Below, one piece after another: positions 8,301-17,686 of a stretch of 64,000 nucleotides of DNA. The notes below the pieces were generated by a model. It was not told where the DNA came from, searched no databases, and was given only the letters and a program-made list of their open reading frames with translations. The first letter of the stretch is position 1. Every line of letters begins with the position of its first letter. The DNA is from an uncultured delta proteobacterium (GTDB taxonomy: Bacteria; Myxococcota; Myxococcia; SLRQ01), in assembly GCA_963727485.1 (NCBI GenBank), contig CAVSGM010000002.1, positions 32,001 through 96,000 on the forward strand. Reading direction: 5' to 3'. The translations under genes were made by a program, and so were the position numbers.

Positions 8301-10715
8301 TTACTCCTGCTTCGCCTCGGGCTTCGGAGCCGGCTGGGTGGGAGGCGGCGGCGCCGGTTGGGCCCCGCTCTGCCCCTGGGGCTTGATGACCTTGACCCCG
8401 TCGCCCTTGCCGCCGTTCTCCGGCTTGTTCGCCTCCTGGGTCACCGTCCTCTCAACCTCCCCCAGGGGGCCGACCTTCCGGCTGAAGTCCATGGGGAGCT
8501 TGTAGTGCCCCTCGGTGCCGTAGAAGCGGTCGAGGAACTTCTGCCGCTCCTTGAGCTTCTCCTCGAAGATGCGCCGGAAGTCCGCCGGGGACTTGATGAT
8601 GTAGGGGGTGAGGAAGAGCAGGAGGTTGGTCTTCTGGATCTTCTTGGTGGTGTTGCGGAACAGCCACCCGATGACCGGGATGTCGCCGAGGATCGGGACC
8701 TTGTTCACCGTCTCCACGGTGCGGTTCTGGATCAGGCCGCCGATGACCACCGTCTCGCCGTCCTTGGCCACCACCGTGGTCTTGGCGCTGCGCTTGGAGG
8801 TGGTGGGCCCGAGCACCCGGTCGGTGGAGGCGATCTCCTCGGTCTGCTCCTGGATGTCGAGGCGCACGAAGTCGCTCTCGTTGATCTGCGGCTTGACCTT
8901 GAGCTTGAGCTCCACGTTCTGCCGCTGGATCGGCGCGTAGAACGACGACAGACCGCCAAGCGAGCCCAGCAGCGACCCGAGGCCGCCGGTGGTGGCGGTG
9001 GTGCCGGCGGTCCCGGTGGCGCTGCCCAGGAGGCTCGAGACGCCCTGGGGCGCGAAGCCCGCCTGGAAGGGCACGTTCTGGCCCACGGCGATCTCCGCCT
9101 CCTTGTTGTTGCTGGTGAGGATGTCCGGGGTGGAGAGGATGTTGACGTTGCTGTCGGTGCGCAGGGCCTGGAGCACCACCCCGAAGCTGGGAATGTTCAC
9201 CCCGAGGTTCTGGGTGCCCGGGACCGCCGGCCCCTGGATGCCGGTGAGCAGCCCGCCGAACTGGAGCAGCGACCCGATGGACAGGGAGTTGAGGCCCCCG
9301 AGCTCCGAGCCGATGACCACCGGGGTCACCTGGCCCGAGCCGCCGACCTTGGGCGCCGCCCCGGTGTGGAACGAGAGCCCGAACTGGTCGTTGGTGTCGA
9401 GGCCGACCTCCATGATCACCGCCTCGACGAAGACCTGCCGCTGGGGAATGTCGAGCTTGTCGATGACCTTGGAGAGGTTCTTGTAGTCGTTGTAGTTGGC
9501 GATGATCACCAGGGAGTTGGTGCCCTTGTCCGCGGTGATCTTCACGTCGCCCTGGAAGAGGGCGGCGGCGCCCTCGGGGGTGTTCTGGGTGCCCCGGGGC
9601 GTGTGGATCACCCGCCGCTGGGCCGTCCCCCCGCCCTGGGCGAGCTGGGAGAGGGTCTGGGCGAGGTCCTCGGCGTTGGCGTTGGCGAGGTAGTGGACGT
9701 GGACCTGCCCCTCGCCCTCGGTGGGGACGTCGAGCTGGGCGAGGAGGTCGGTGATCTGCTTGAACGACTTCTCGTCGGCGATGACCACCAGCTTGTTGGT
9801 CCGATCGTCGGCGATGACCTTGGACACGCTGGCGGTGACGTCGCCCTGCTGGTTGTTCGGCTGCCCGGGGCGGAAGGGTCGGCGGCGGAACCGGGCGTTG
9901 GGCTGCCGGCCATTGGTCGGCGCCTGGTCCTGGAAGATCTGCATGATCTTGTCGGCGAGGTCCTTGGCGTTGGCGTACTTCACCTGGAGGACGCGGATCT
10001 CGTCGGCCCCGGTGGGCATGTCGATCTGCTTGATGATCCTCTCCATCCGGTGGACGTTGAGCCCCACGTCGGTGATGATCAGCAGGTTCGGCGGTACCGT
10101 CTGGATGTTGCCGTCCCGGCTCTCGAGCTGCTTGAGGACGCCGCTGACCTGGTCGGCGTCCACGTGCTGCAGCCGGTAGAGCTTGGTGATCATCTGCTCG
10201 TTCCAGGGGTAGTAGCCGCCCTCCTCGACGTAGGTGGGGATGTTGGCCCGCTGGGCGTCCTTCTTGGGGACGATCTTGAGGAACTTGCCCACCGGGTAGA
10301 CGGCGAGGTTGTTGGCCTCGAGGGCCGCGAGGAAGGCCGCGTAGGCCTCCTTGGGGCTCACCGCCGTGGGGGAGATGATGGTCACCTTCCCCCGGATGTT
10401 GTCGGGGAGGATGAAGTTCTTCCCGGTGATGTCGCTGATGGTCTTGACCACCTGCGTGATGTCCACCCGGTCGAAGTCGAGCTTGATGGGGACGTGCTTC
10501 TTCTTGAAGGCGTTCCGGCGCTGGGTGGTCCGCTCCTTGGCCGACGCCGGGGCCGCCGGCTTCTTGGGCGAGGCCTGGGCCAGGGCGTGGGCCGACACCG
10601 GGTGGGGGCGGACCAGGCGGCCCCGGCCCCGGAGGTGGGGCACCTGGGCCAGCACCGGCGCCGGGAGGAGGAGCGCGGAGACGAGGAGGGCGAGCGAGCG
10701 CGTGAGCTTCTGCAT
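8301..10715 (-). CDS. gspD: Type II secretion secretin GspD
   Basis: Signal peptide, N0 domain (ITGKNFI), repeated N-domains, QVFVEAVIMEV, KVPILGDIPVIGWLFR, NLLLFLTP.II. Confidence 0.96.
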   Translation of the reverse strand: MQKLTRSLALLVSALLLPAPVLAQVPHLRGRGRLVRPHPVSAHALAQASPKKPAAPASAKERTTQRRNAFKKKHVPIKLDFDRVDITQVVKTISDITGKNFILPDNIRGKVTIISPTAVSPKEAYAAFLAALEANNLAVYPVGKFLKIVPKKDAQRANIPTYVEEGGYYPWNEQMITKLYRLQHVDADQVSGVLKQLESRDGNIQTVPPNLLIITDVGLNVHRMERIIKQIDMPTGADEIRVLQVKYANAKDLADKIMQIFQDQAPTNGRQPNARFRRRPFRPGQPNNQQGDVTASVSKVIADDRTNKLVVIADEKSFKQITDLLAQLDVPTEGEGQVHVHYLANANAEDLAQTLSQLAQGGGTAQRRVIHTPRGTQNTPEGAAALFQGDVKITADKGTNSLVIIANYNDYKNLSKVIDKLDIPQRQVFVEAVIMEVGLDTNDQFGLSFHTGAAPKVGGSGQVTPVVIGSELGGLNSLSIGSLLQFGGLLTGIQGPAVPGTQNLGVNIPSFGVVLQALRTDSNVNILSTPDILTSNNKEAEIAVGQNVPFQAGFAPQGVSSLLGSATGTAGTTATTGGLGSLLGSLGGLSSFYAPIQRQNVELKLKVKPQINESDFVRLDIQEQTEEIASTDRVLGPTTSKRSAKTTVVAKDGETVVIGGLIQNRTVETVNKVPILGDIPVIGWLFRNTTKKIQKTNLLLFLTPYIIKSPADFRRIFEEKLKERQKFLDRFYGTEGHYKLPMDFSRKVGPLGEVERTVTQEANKPENGGKGDGVKVIKPQGQSGAQPAPPPPTQPAPKPEAKQE

Positions 10716-10742
10716 CGGTGTCGACCGTGGGAGCGGGAGGAA

Positions 10743-11678
10743 CTACTCGATGTTGTACGTCTTCGTGACCGTCTGGCCGCGCCGGTCGAGCTGGATCTCG
10801 ACCCGGCGGGCGTCACGGAGCTTCTGGTAGACCTCGAGGGCCTTGTCCGGGCTGTTGATCTCGAACCCGTTGATGCGCTGGATGACGTCGCCGTTCTGGA
10901 TGCCGATCTTGGCGTAGAGGGATCCGGGCCGGATGCTGAAGAGCTTGAAGCCCTCGGCGACGCCGTTCTTGAAGGCCGGCACGATCCGGGCCTGGGTGGC
11001 GATGTCGTTGAGGTTGGAGAGGGTGTGCTCGATGGTGCTCTGGGCCACCACGTAGTGGTTGGCGTCGGTCTGGCGGATCCCGCCGCCGCCGTCGTTCGAG
11101 GGGTTCTGCCGCTCGAAGGCGTTGACCTGGTGGATCCGCGGCTGGTTGCCGGCCACCGGGGACTTGCCCTCCTCGTCGGCGTCCATCGAGAGGACCTCGG
11201 TGCGCCCGTTGTTGTTCACCAGCACCCGCCGGCGCTCGACCTTCACCAGGGTGGCCGTGGACATCAGGGTGTCGCCGACGCCGTAGACCCCGGTGTCCCG
11301 GGTGGAGTTGTCGGTGATCACCGCCAGCGAGTACTCGTCGGGGCTCGCCTCGATGGTGGCCACCAGGGTGGCGTTGAGGGTGGTGGGGACCTCGGTGCCC
11401 GGGGGCGGGAGCGCCGCCTGGGCCGCCGCCTGCTTCTTGGCCGCGTCGGCGTCGGGGAGGGTGACCCCGAAGAGGTCGGCGAGGGCCTTGGCGTCGACGG
11501 TGGACGCGGCCACCGGGGTGGTCACGTGGTGCCGGGCCCCGGCCGCGGGGGTGGTGGACGGGGGCTCGACCAGCCTTCCCGCCACCAGGGCGCTCACGGT
11601 CCGGGCGACGAGGACACCGGCGATGGCCACGACGGCCACGTTCAGGGTCCACAGGTATCTCTTGAAGAAGCGCTCCAT
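10743..11678 (-). CDS. gspC: Type II secretion protein GspC with PDZ domain
   Basis: N-terminal TM, HR domain, C-terminal PDZ (GFKLFSIRPGSLYAKIGIQNGDVI); first gene of operon. Confidence 0.92.
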   Translation of the reverse strand: MERFFKRYLWTLNVAVVAIAGVLVARTVSALVAGRLVEPPSTTPAAGARHHVTTPVAASTVDAKALADLFGVTLPDADAAKKQAAAQAALPPPGTEVPTTLNATLVATIEASPDEYSLAVITDNSTRDTGVYGVGDTLMSTATLVKVERRRVLVNNNGRTEVLSMDADEEGKSPVAGNQPRIHQVNAFERQNPSNDGGGGIRQTDANHYVVAQSTIEHTLSNLNDIATQARIVPAFKNGVAEGFKLFSIRPGSLYAKIGIQNGDVIQRINGFEINSPDKALEVYQKLRDARRVEIQLDRRGQTVTKTYNIE

Positions 11679-11693
11679 CGCAGAGCCTCACTA

Positions 11694-11709
11694 CGCAAGG
11701 GCCATGCCA
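11694..11709 (-). promoter_or_regulatory. sigma54 (-24/-12) promoter of the gsp operon
   Basis: TGGCATGGCCCTTGCG = GG-N10-GC, close to TGGCAC-N5-TTGC consensus, 15 nt upstream of gspC ATG. Confidence 0.7.
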
Positions 11710-11784
11710 CCCCTGGGAGGGCCCCAACCCGCCGGAATCGCGTGGGCAGGTCGGGGTGTGGGGGGCCCGGGGGTGTGGGCCGCG

Positions 11785-11837
11785 GGACAATCTGTCAGTG
11801 GACCTCGAACCGCCGGCGGGCCGCTGACATTCTGTCC
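11785..11837. promoter_or_regulatory. Two GACA-N3-TGTC palindromes 40 bp apart; candidate enhancer-binding-protein sites
   Basis: GACAatcTGTC at 11786-11796 and GACAttcTGTC at 11826-11836, about 80-130 bp upstream of the sigma54 motif. Confidence 0.55.
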
Positions 11838-11843
11838 AGGGGG

Positions 11844-12167
11844 TCAGGGCCCGGCGTCGGCGGGCTTCGGCGCATCGGGCGCCGGGGTCGCCGGGGGCGG
11901 TGCCAGGCGGACGTTCACGGTCCCCGGGCGGTGCCGGGGGACCGTCCGGGTCGCCGCCGGCCGGGGTGGGGCCGGGGGCGGGTCCTTGTGGGGGATGAAC
12001 AGGTCGATGATCAGGGTGACCACCGCGGCGATGCCGACCATGAGGAGGAACGCCCTCAGGGAGAACTTCTGGTCGCCTGGGCGCCCATGGCGGATGCCAT
12101 GGAACATCTCCCCATTCGCCGGGTCACCGGGGTCGTACGGCCTGCGCTCCTCGCCGGGGCTCTGCAT
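11844..12167 (-). CDS. Hypothetical 107-aa membrane protein with Pro-rich tail
   Basis: One TM (FLLMVGIAAVVTLIIDLFI); TAGGGT 6 nt upstream of ATG. Confidence 0.65.
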   Translation of the reverse strand: MQSPGEERRPYDPGDPANGEMFHGIRHGRPGDQKFSLRAFLLMVGIAAVVTLIIDLFIPHKDPPPAPPRPAATRTVPRHRPGTVNVRLAPPPATPAPDAPKPADAGP

Positions 12168-12241
12168 GGGCGCACCCTAATCCAGTCCCGGGCCGTCGAC
12201 CAGCCGTCGGCGCCGGCGTGGGCGGTCCCCCGGTCAGGCGC

Positions 12242-13078
12242 CTACGCGTCGTCCGGGAGCAGGGCGTCGAAGGCCTCGGTCCCCCGGAGGGCCTCGAAGG
12301 CCGGGTCGCCGGCGAGCCAGGCGAGGACGTGGTCCCGGTCGGCGGAGATTGCCTTGCCCAGGAACTCGAGGGCGGTGTCGGCCCGGTCCCAGAGGGCGTA
12401 GAGCGACGCCAGGCTGTAGAGCACGTGGACGTCGCCCTCGTGGAGGGTGCCGGCCTCGGAGAGGGCCCGCTCGGCCTCGGCGTAGAAGCCCTTGCGCATG
12501 TAGGCGACGCCCAGGTCGATCCAGGCGTCGGCGTTGTCGGCCTCGAGGCGGACCACCTCGCGGAGCTGGCCGATGGCCCCCCGGACGTCGCCCTCGTCCA
12601 TGAGGAGCACCGCCAGCTCGTGGCGGGGGTAGGCGTCGTCCGGGTCCATGGCGATGGCCCCCTCGAGGGCGGCGATGGCGTCCTCGAGGCGCCCCATGTC
12701 GGCGTAGACCAGGCCCAGGGAGAGCTGGGCGTCGGGGAGCTCGGGGTCGAGGGCGAGGGTCTCCCGGAGCTCGGCCTCGGCCATCTCCAGGCCCCGGGCG
12801 GTGAGGAACGCCGCCAGGTTGTAGTGGGCGGCGGCGACGTCGGGCTCGAGCTCGATGCTCTTGAGGTAGGCGGTGAGGGCCTCGCGGAACTCACCCTTCT
12901 CGGCGAGGACGCTCGCCAGGTTGTCCCAGGCGTGGCCGCTCCCGGCGTCGAGGGCGATGGCCTTGCGGAAGTACCGCGCCGCCTCGTCGAGCCAGCCGCG
13001 GTCGGCGAACTCGATGCCCTTGGCGTTCATCTCGTCGGAGAGGGACAGGTTGTCCGTCTTGTCCCGATTGTTGCTCAT
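12242..13078 (-). CDS. Tetratricopeptide repeat protein
   Basis: Serial TPR-like repeats (AWDNLA, AHYNLA, AQLSLG, AWIDLG, VLYSLA), C-terminal DPAFEALR. Confidence 0.88.
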   Translation of the reverse strand: MSNNRDKTDNLSLSDEMNAKGIEFADRGWLDEAARYFRKAIALDAGSGHAWDNLASVLAEKGEFREALTAYLKSIELEPDVAAAHYNLAAFLTARGLEMAEAELRETLALDPELPDAQLSLGLVYADMGRLEDAIAALEGAIAMDPDDAYPRHELAVLLMDEGDVRGAIGQLREVVRLEADNADAWIDLGVAYMRKGFYAEAERALSEAGTLHEGDVHVLYSLASLYALWDRADTALEFLGKAISADRDHVLAWLAGDPAFEALRGTEAFDALLPDDA

Positions 13079-13106
13079 GGTCGGCGCGATCCTAGCACGG
13101 GGGACC

Positions 13107-13838
13107 CTAGGCCGTCGGCGGCTCCCCGGTGCCGGTCTCCTGCCTCCTTCGGGCCTCGGCGATGGCCGCGAAGCCGTGGCGCACGTCCCGACCCTCGGTG
13201 GCGAAGATCACCATCTCCGAGATGTTGGTGGCGTGGTCGGCGATGCGCTCCAGGTACTTGGAGATGGAGATGAGCCCCTGGTCCCGGCTGATGGTCCCGG
13301 GCTCGGCCTGCATCTTGGCCATGAGCTTGTCGATGAGGTCGCGGTTGATCCCGTCGACCTCGTCGTCGCAGTCGAGGACGTTGCGCGCCTTGGCGGTGTC
13401 GCTCTCCACGAAGGCGTCGAGGCTGTCGTCGACCATGATCCGCACCTTCTCGGCGAGGATGGTCAGGCCGCTGGGATCGACGGCGTGGGGCTGCTGCCCC
13501 AGGTCGCGCACCCGCTTGGCGATGTTCGACGCCAGGTCGCCCATGCGCTCGAGGTCGGTGTCGATCTTCAGGGCCATGGTGAGGAAGCGCAGGTCCGAGG
13601 CGGCGGGCTGGCGCAGGGCCAGGATGTGGACGCAGAGCTCGTCGATCTCCATCTCCAGGGCGTCGACGTCGGCGTCCCGGCGGATGGTCTCGGTGGCGAG
13701 CTTGTCGTCGCGGCGGACCAGGGCGTCCACCGCCGACGCGATCATCTCCTCGACGACCGCGCCCATCTGGAGGAGCTTCTCGCGGAGCCCGTGGAGCTCG
13801 GACTCGTACTGCTTGCTGGTGTGGGGACGGATTGCCAT
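13107..13838 (-). CDS. phoU: Phosphate signalling complex protein PhoU
   Basis: QPAASDLR, DLERMGD, YLERIADHATNI, G.DVRH motifs. Confidence 0.96.
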   Translation of the reverse strand: MAIRPHTSKQYESELHGLREKLLQMGAVVEEMIASAVDALVRRDDKLATETIRRDADVDALEMEIDELCVHILALRQPAASDLRFLTMALKIDTDLERMGDLASNIAKRVRDLGQQPHAVDPSGLTILAEKVRIMVDDSLDAFVESDTAKARNVLDCDDEVDGINRDLIDKLMAKMQAEPGTISRDQGLISISKYLERIADHATNISEMVIFATEGRDVRHGFAAIAEARRRQETGTGEPPTA

Positions 13839-13915
13839 GGGCTCATCCTAGCCGAACTGATCGGTATCAGGTTAGCGCCGCGTCGGGGCCCGCGCCCGCC
13901 CCCACACCCGCGCGC

Positions 13916-15208
13916 CTAGAAGGCCACCTCGAAGGTCGCCTGGACCCGGTCCTCGGCGGGGGCGGTGACCGAGTGCTGGAGGTGGTCGTAGTCGAGGAGG
14001 ACCTGGTTGCCGCCGTGGAGCGTCCAACCCACGCCGACGATGTACCGGTCCTGGACGTCGGCGGTGGCGTCGGCGGCGTTGGTGTCGAAGTGGTCCCAGC
14101 GGGCGATGAGCGAGAGCTTCGCCGAGGGCAGGAGCTTGGCGGCGCCGAAGACCGACCAGCCGGTCTGGGTCAGGGCGTTGCCGCTGGCGTCGACGGCCTT
14201 GCCGTTCAGCTTCCCGGCGCCGGTGTAGTACTCGGCCATCACCGTGGCGTGCTTGTGCTGGTAGGAGAGCATCAGGTCCACGCCGTCGTAGTCGGGGAGG
14301 GTGCCGCCGACGGTGGCCGGGGCCACGTTGCCCTTGCCGTACCAGCCGAAGACGGTGGCCTGGAGGCCGGGGACGACGTCGGGGAGGGGGCGGACGGTGA
14401 CCCGGCCCATGAGGACCTTGTCCTGGTTGTGCTCGGGGTCGTGGTAGCCGGCGCCGTTGTACACGCCGATCTGCCAGGAGCCGTAGCGGCCCGCGTAGTG
14501 CTTGTTGACGTTCTTCTTGTACTCGCCGGACATGCTGCCGCCGAAGTCCGACCCGAAGGTCAGCCCGATGTCGGCGCTGGTCACCACGTGGTTCTTGTCG
14601 AGGAACATCTCGTCCTGGAGGCGGTAGCCGTTCATGGCCTCCTCGAAGTCGAGCCAGGGGGTGTGGACCTGGCCCACCTCCACGCCGATGCCGGAGAGGG
14701 CGGCGCCGCCCTTGAAGTGGAGCTTTCCGTAGAGGTACTTCTGCCGGACCATGAAGCTCCCGCCGGCGTCGCGGGTGAGGTCGACGGTGTACCGGGCCTC
14801 GAGCCAGGGGAGCACGGCGTCGTGGAGGTCGAAGTAGCCGCGCTTGAGGGTGAACCGGCTGTAGCGCTCGCTCATGCCGGCCACGGTGTGGGTGCCGTTC
14901 TGGTACGAGAGGTAGAAGGTGCCGTGGATGGAGATGCCGTGGAGGGCCTTGGCGACGGCGGCCATCATGGCGTGGTCGGCGTGGTGGCCGGCCATGGCGC
15001 AGCCGTGGTGGGGGCAGCTCTTCCCGGCCTTGGGCGCCGGCGCGGCGGGCGCGGCCTTGGGCGCGGGGGCGGCCTTCGCCTCGGGCTTGGCCTCGGGCTT
15101 GGCGGCGGCCGGGGCGGTCTGAGCCCAGGCGGCGGGGACGAGGAGGAGGGACGCCGTCAGGGCGGCGGCGCGGAGGGCGGGGACCGCGGGAACGGACGAG
15201 CGGGACAT
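13916..15208 (-). CDS. Outer-membrane beta-barrel porin, probably phosphate-selective (OprO/OprP-like role)
   Basis: Signal peptide, amphipathic beta strands, C-terminal Phe (ATFEVAF), SD AAGGAG, Pho box upstream, phoU downstream. Confidence 0.72.
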   Translation of the reverse strand: MSRSSVPAVPALRAAALTASLLLVPAAWAQTAPAAAKPEAKPEAKAAPAPKAAPAAPAPKAGKSCPHHGCAMAGHHADHAMMAAVAKALHGISIHGTFYLSYQNGTHTVAGMSERYSRFTLKRGYFDLHDAVLPWLEARYTVDLTRDAGGSFMVRQKYLYGKLHFKGGAALSGIGVEVGQVHTPWLDFEEAMNGYRLQDEMFLDKNHVVTSADIGLTFGSDFGGSMSGEYKKNVNKHYAGRYGSWQIGVYNGAGYHDPEHNQDKVLMGRVTVRPLPDVVPGLQATVFGWYGKGNVAPATVGGTLPDYDGVDLMLSYQHKHATVMAEYYTGAGKLNGKAVDASGNALTQTGWSVFGAAKLLPSAKLSLIARWDHFDTNAADATADVQDRYIVGVGWTLHGGNQVLLDYDHLQHSVTAPAEDRVQATFEVAF

Positions 15209-15274
15209 GTTGCGTCTCCTTGGAGGGGAAGGGCGGCGTCACCGCACCGGCGGCGGCCGTCTTCAGGCACGGGG

Positions 15275-15320
15275 ACGGTGCCTTTCGCCTGTGACAGCCC
15301 CATGACGCGGCGTTGACGTT
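15275..15320 (-). promoter_or_regulatory. Pho box (three GTCA repeats at 11-bp period) and putative -10 of the porin-phoU unit
   Basis: GTCAAC-gccgc-GTCATG-gggct-GTCACA on the minus strand; 10 nt after CTGTCAC comes CACCGT. Confidence 0.7.
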
Positions 15321-15353
15321 GTTGGGCCGCGCGACCGGGCGGCCGGGGCGGCG

Positions 15354-16151
15354 CTACCGGCCCGCGGGGACCTGGAACACGGCGCCGTCGTCGAGGCGGC
15401 AGGCGGTCAGGGACCCGCCCCACACGCACCCGGTGTCGAGGGCGAGGATCCCGTCGCCCCGGTGGAGGCCCAGGGCGGCCCAGTGGCCGCAGACCACGGT
15501 GGCCCCGCGGGTCCGGCGCCCGGGGACCCGGAACCAGGGCACCCGCCCGGGGGGCAGGCGATCCAGCGGCCCGCTGAAGTCCAGGTCCAGGGCGCCGTCG
15601 GGGGCGAGGGTGCGCATCCGGGTGAGGACGTTCACCACCGTCCGGGCGCGCTCGGCGCCCTCGAGCGCCGGGGACCAGAGGTCGCCCCCAGGGCCCCCGG
15701 CGAGCACCGCCCCGGCGTCGGGCCCCCTAATCCAGCGCTCCGCCTCCCGGGCCAGGGCCTCGGCGTCGTCGAGGGACCAGTCCGGGTGGAGCCCCGCGTG
15801 GATCAGCACCCGGTCGCCCTCCCGGTGGAGGAGCGGCCGGCGGAGGAGCCAGCCGATCATCGCCTCGCGATCCCGGGCGTCGAGGAGGGGGTCGAGGGTG
15901 TCCCGGCGCCCGCGGCGGCGCACCCCCAGGGCCCGGCCCAGGAGGTGCAGGTCATGGTTGCCGAGCACCGCGTCCACCCGGCCGCCGAGGCCCATGAGCC
16001 GCCGGAGCACCGCCGCCGACGCCGGGCCGCGGTTCACCAGGTCGCCGGCCACCCACAGGCGGTCCTGCGCCGGGTCGAAGGCGATCTCGTCGAGGAGCCG
16101 TTCCAGGGCGTCGGCGCAGCCCTGGATGTCGCCGATTGCATAGAGGGCCAT
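15354..16151 (-). CDS. apaH: Symmetrical bis(5'-nucleosyl)-tetraphosphatase ApaH
   Basis: YAIGDIQGC, GDLVNRGP, LGNHDLH, TRMR, GHWAALG, LDTGCVWGGSLT. Confidence 0.93.
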   Translation of the reverse strand: MALYAIGDIQGCADALERLLDEIAFDPAQDRLWVAGDLVNRGPASAAVLRRLMGLGGRVDAVLGNHDLHLLGRALGVRRRGRRDTLDPLLDARDREAMIGWLLRRPLLHREGDRVLIHAGLHPDWSLDDAEALAREAERWIRGPDAGAVLAGGPGGDLWSPALEGAERARTVVNVLTRMRTLAPDGALDLDFSGPLDRLPPGRVPWFRVPGRRTRGATVVCGHWAALGLHRGDGILALDTGCVWGGSLTACRLDDGAVFQVPAGR

Positions 16152-16179
16152 GGGAGGCTACACGGAGGTCCGAAACGCG

Positions 16180-17676
16180 ATGTCCACCCCGGTCCCAGAC
16201 ACGGTGGCGGCGATCGATCTCGGATCGAACAGCTTCCACATGATCATCGCCCGTCCGGTGGGGGGTCAGCTCCAGATCGTGGACCGCATCCGCGACCGGG
16301 TCCAGCTCGCCGCCGGCCTCGACGACGACGGCCGCCTCGACGACGAGGTCGCCGAGCGGGCCCTGGCGTCCCTCTCGCGCTTCGGCCAGCGGGCGCGCGG
16401 GCTGCCCCCGGACCACGTCCGGGCGGTGGGCACCAACACCCTGCGCAAGGCCCGCAACGCCAAGGGCTTCCTCGCCCAGGCGCGCCGGGCCCTCGGCCAG
16501 CGCATCGAGATCATCTCCGGTCGCGAGGAGGCGCGCCTCATCTACCTCGGCGTCGCCCACACCCTGGCCGACGACGCGGGCCGGCGCCTGGTGGTCGACA
16601 TCGGCGGGGGCTCCACCGAGCTCATCATCGGCGAGCGCTTCGAGACGGTGGCCACCGACAGCCTCTACATGGGCTGCGTCGGCTACAGCCGCGCCTACTT
16701 CGACGGGCCCATCACCCGCGAGGCGATGCGCGCCGCCCGGATCGCCGCGCGCCTGGAGCTCCAGGGCATCGAGCGCCGCTACCTCGCCACCGGCTGGCAC
16801 GAGGCGGTCGGCGCCTCGGGGACCATCAACGCGGTGGCCTCGGTGCTGCGCGCCAACGGCTGGAGCGACGGCCCCATCACCGCCCAGGGCCTCAAGAAGC
16901 TGCGCAAGAACCTGGTGGCCCGGGGCCACGTCGACGCCCTCGGCGACCTCCCGGGGCTCGCCACCGAGCGGGCCAACGTCATCGCCGGGGGCGTGGCCAT
17001 CCTCTCGGCGGTGTTCCAGACCCTGGGCGTCGAGACGATGATCCTCTCGCCCGGGGCCCTGCGCGAGGGCCTGGTCTTCGACGTCCTCGGCCGCATCCGC
17101 CACGAGGACGTCCGCGACCTCACCATCCAGCGCCTCGCCGGCCGCTACGGCGCCGACCCCGAGCAGGCCCAGCGGGTGCGCCACACGGCCTTCGCCCTCC
17201 TCGACCAGGTGGCGACGCCCTGGGACCTCGACCGGGACGGCGGCCGCCAGCTCCTCGACTGGGCCGCGCGCCTCCACGAGATCGGCCTGGCGGTGGCCTA
17301 CAGCGGCCACCACAAGCACGGCGCCTACCTCGTGGCCAACTCGGAGATGCCCGGCTTCTCCCAGGAGGACCAGGAGCAGCTCGCGGTGCTCCTCCGCGCC
17401 CACCGGCGCAAGGTGGAGCCGATGATCTTCGTGGGCCTGCCCGCGGCGCAGGTCGACGCCGTGACCCGCCTGGCGGTGGTCCTGCGCCTGGCGGTGCTCC
17501 TCAACCGGGCCCGGGGCCCGAAGGCCGCCGAGGCGCCGGAGGTGACGGTGGACGGCCGCTCGCTGCGCCTGGCGTTCGCCCCCGGCTGGCTCGGCGCCCA
17601 TCCCCTCACCCGCGAGGATTCGTCGCGGGAGGCCAGGTGGCTCGGGGCCCTGGACCTCCAGCTCGACCTCGACTGA
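16180..17676 (+). CDS. ppx: Exopolyphosphatase Ppx (Ppx/GppA family)
   Basis: AAIDLGSNSFH, ISGREEARLIY, DIGGGSTE, GALREG, LHEIG...HHKHGAY; SD GGAGG. Confidence 0.95.
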   Translation: MSTPVPDTVAAIDLGSNSFHMIIARPVGGQLQIVDRIRDRVQLAAGLDDDGRLDDEVAERALASLSRFGQRARGLPPDHVRAVGTNTLRKARNAKGFLAQARRALGQRIEIISGREEARLIYLGVAHTLADDAGRRLVVDIGGGSTELIIGERFETVATDSLYMGCVGYSRAYFDGPITREAMRAARIAARLELQGIERRYLATGWHEAVGASGTINAVASVLRANGWSDGPITAQGLKKLRKNLVARGHVDALGDLPGLATERANVIAGGVAILSAVFQTLGVETMILSPGALREGLVFDVLGRIRHEDVRDLTIQRLAGRYGADPEQAQRVRHTAFALLDQVATPWDLDRDGGRQLLDWAARLHEIGLAVAYSGHHKHGAYLVANSEMPGFSQEDQEQLAVLLRAHRRKVEPMIFVGLPAAQVDAVTRLAVVLRLAVLLNRARGPKAAEAPEVTVDGRSLRLAFAPGWLGAHPLTREDSSREARWLGALDLQLDLD

Positions 17677-17686
17677 CCCCGGGCCG

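Noticed and set aside
7821..12401. 1526-aa plus-strand ORF and many other long antisense ORFs (e.g. 49347..52841, 26813..29599, 39318..41573)
   Set aside because: Shadow frames of real genes in very GC-rich DNA; no motifs, and they mirror well-supported opposite-strand genes.
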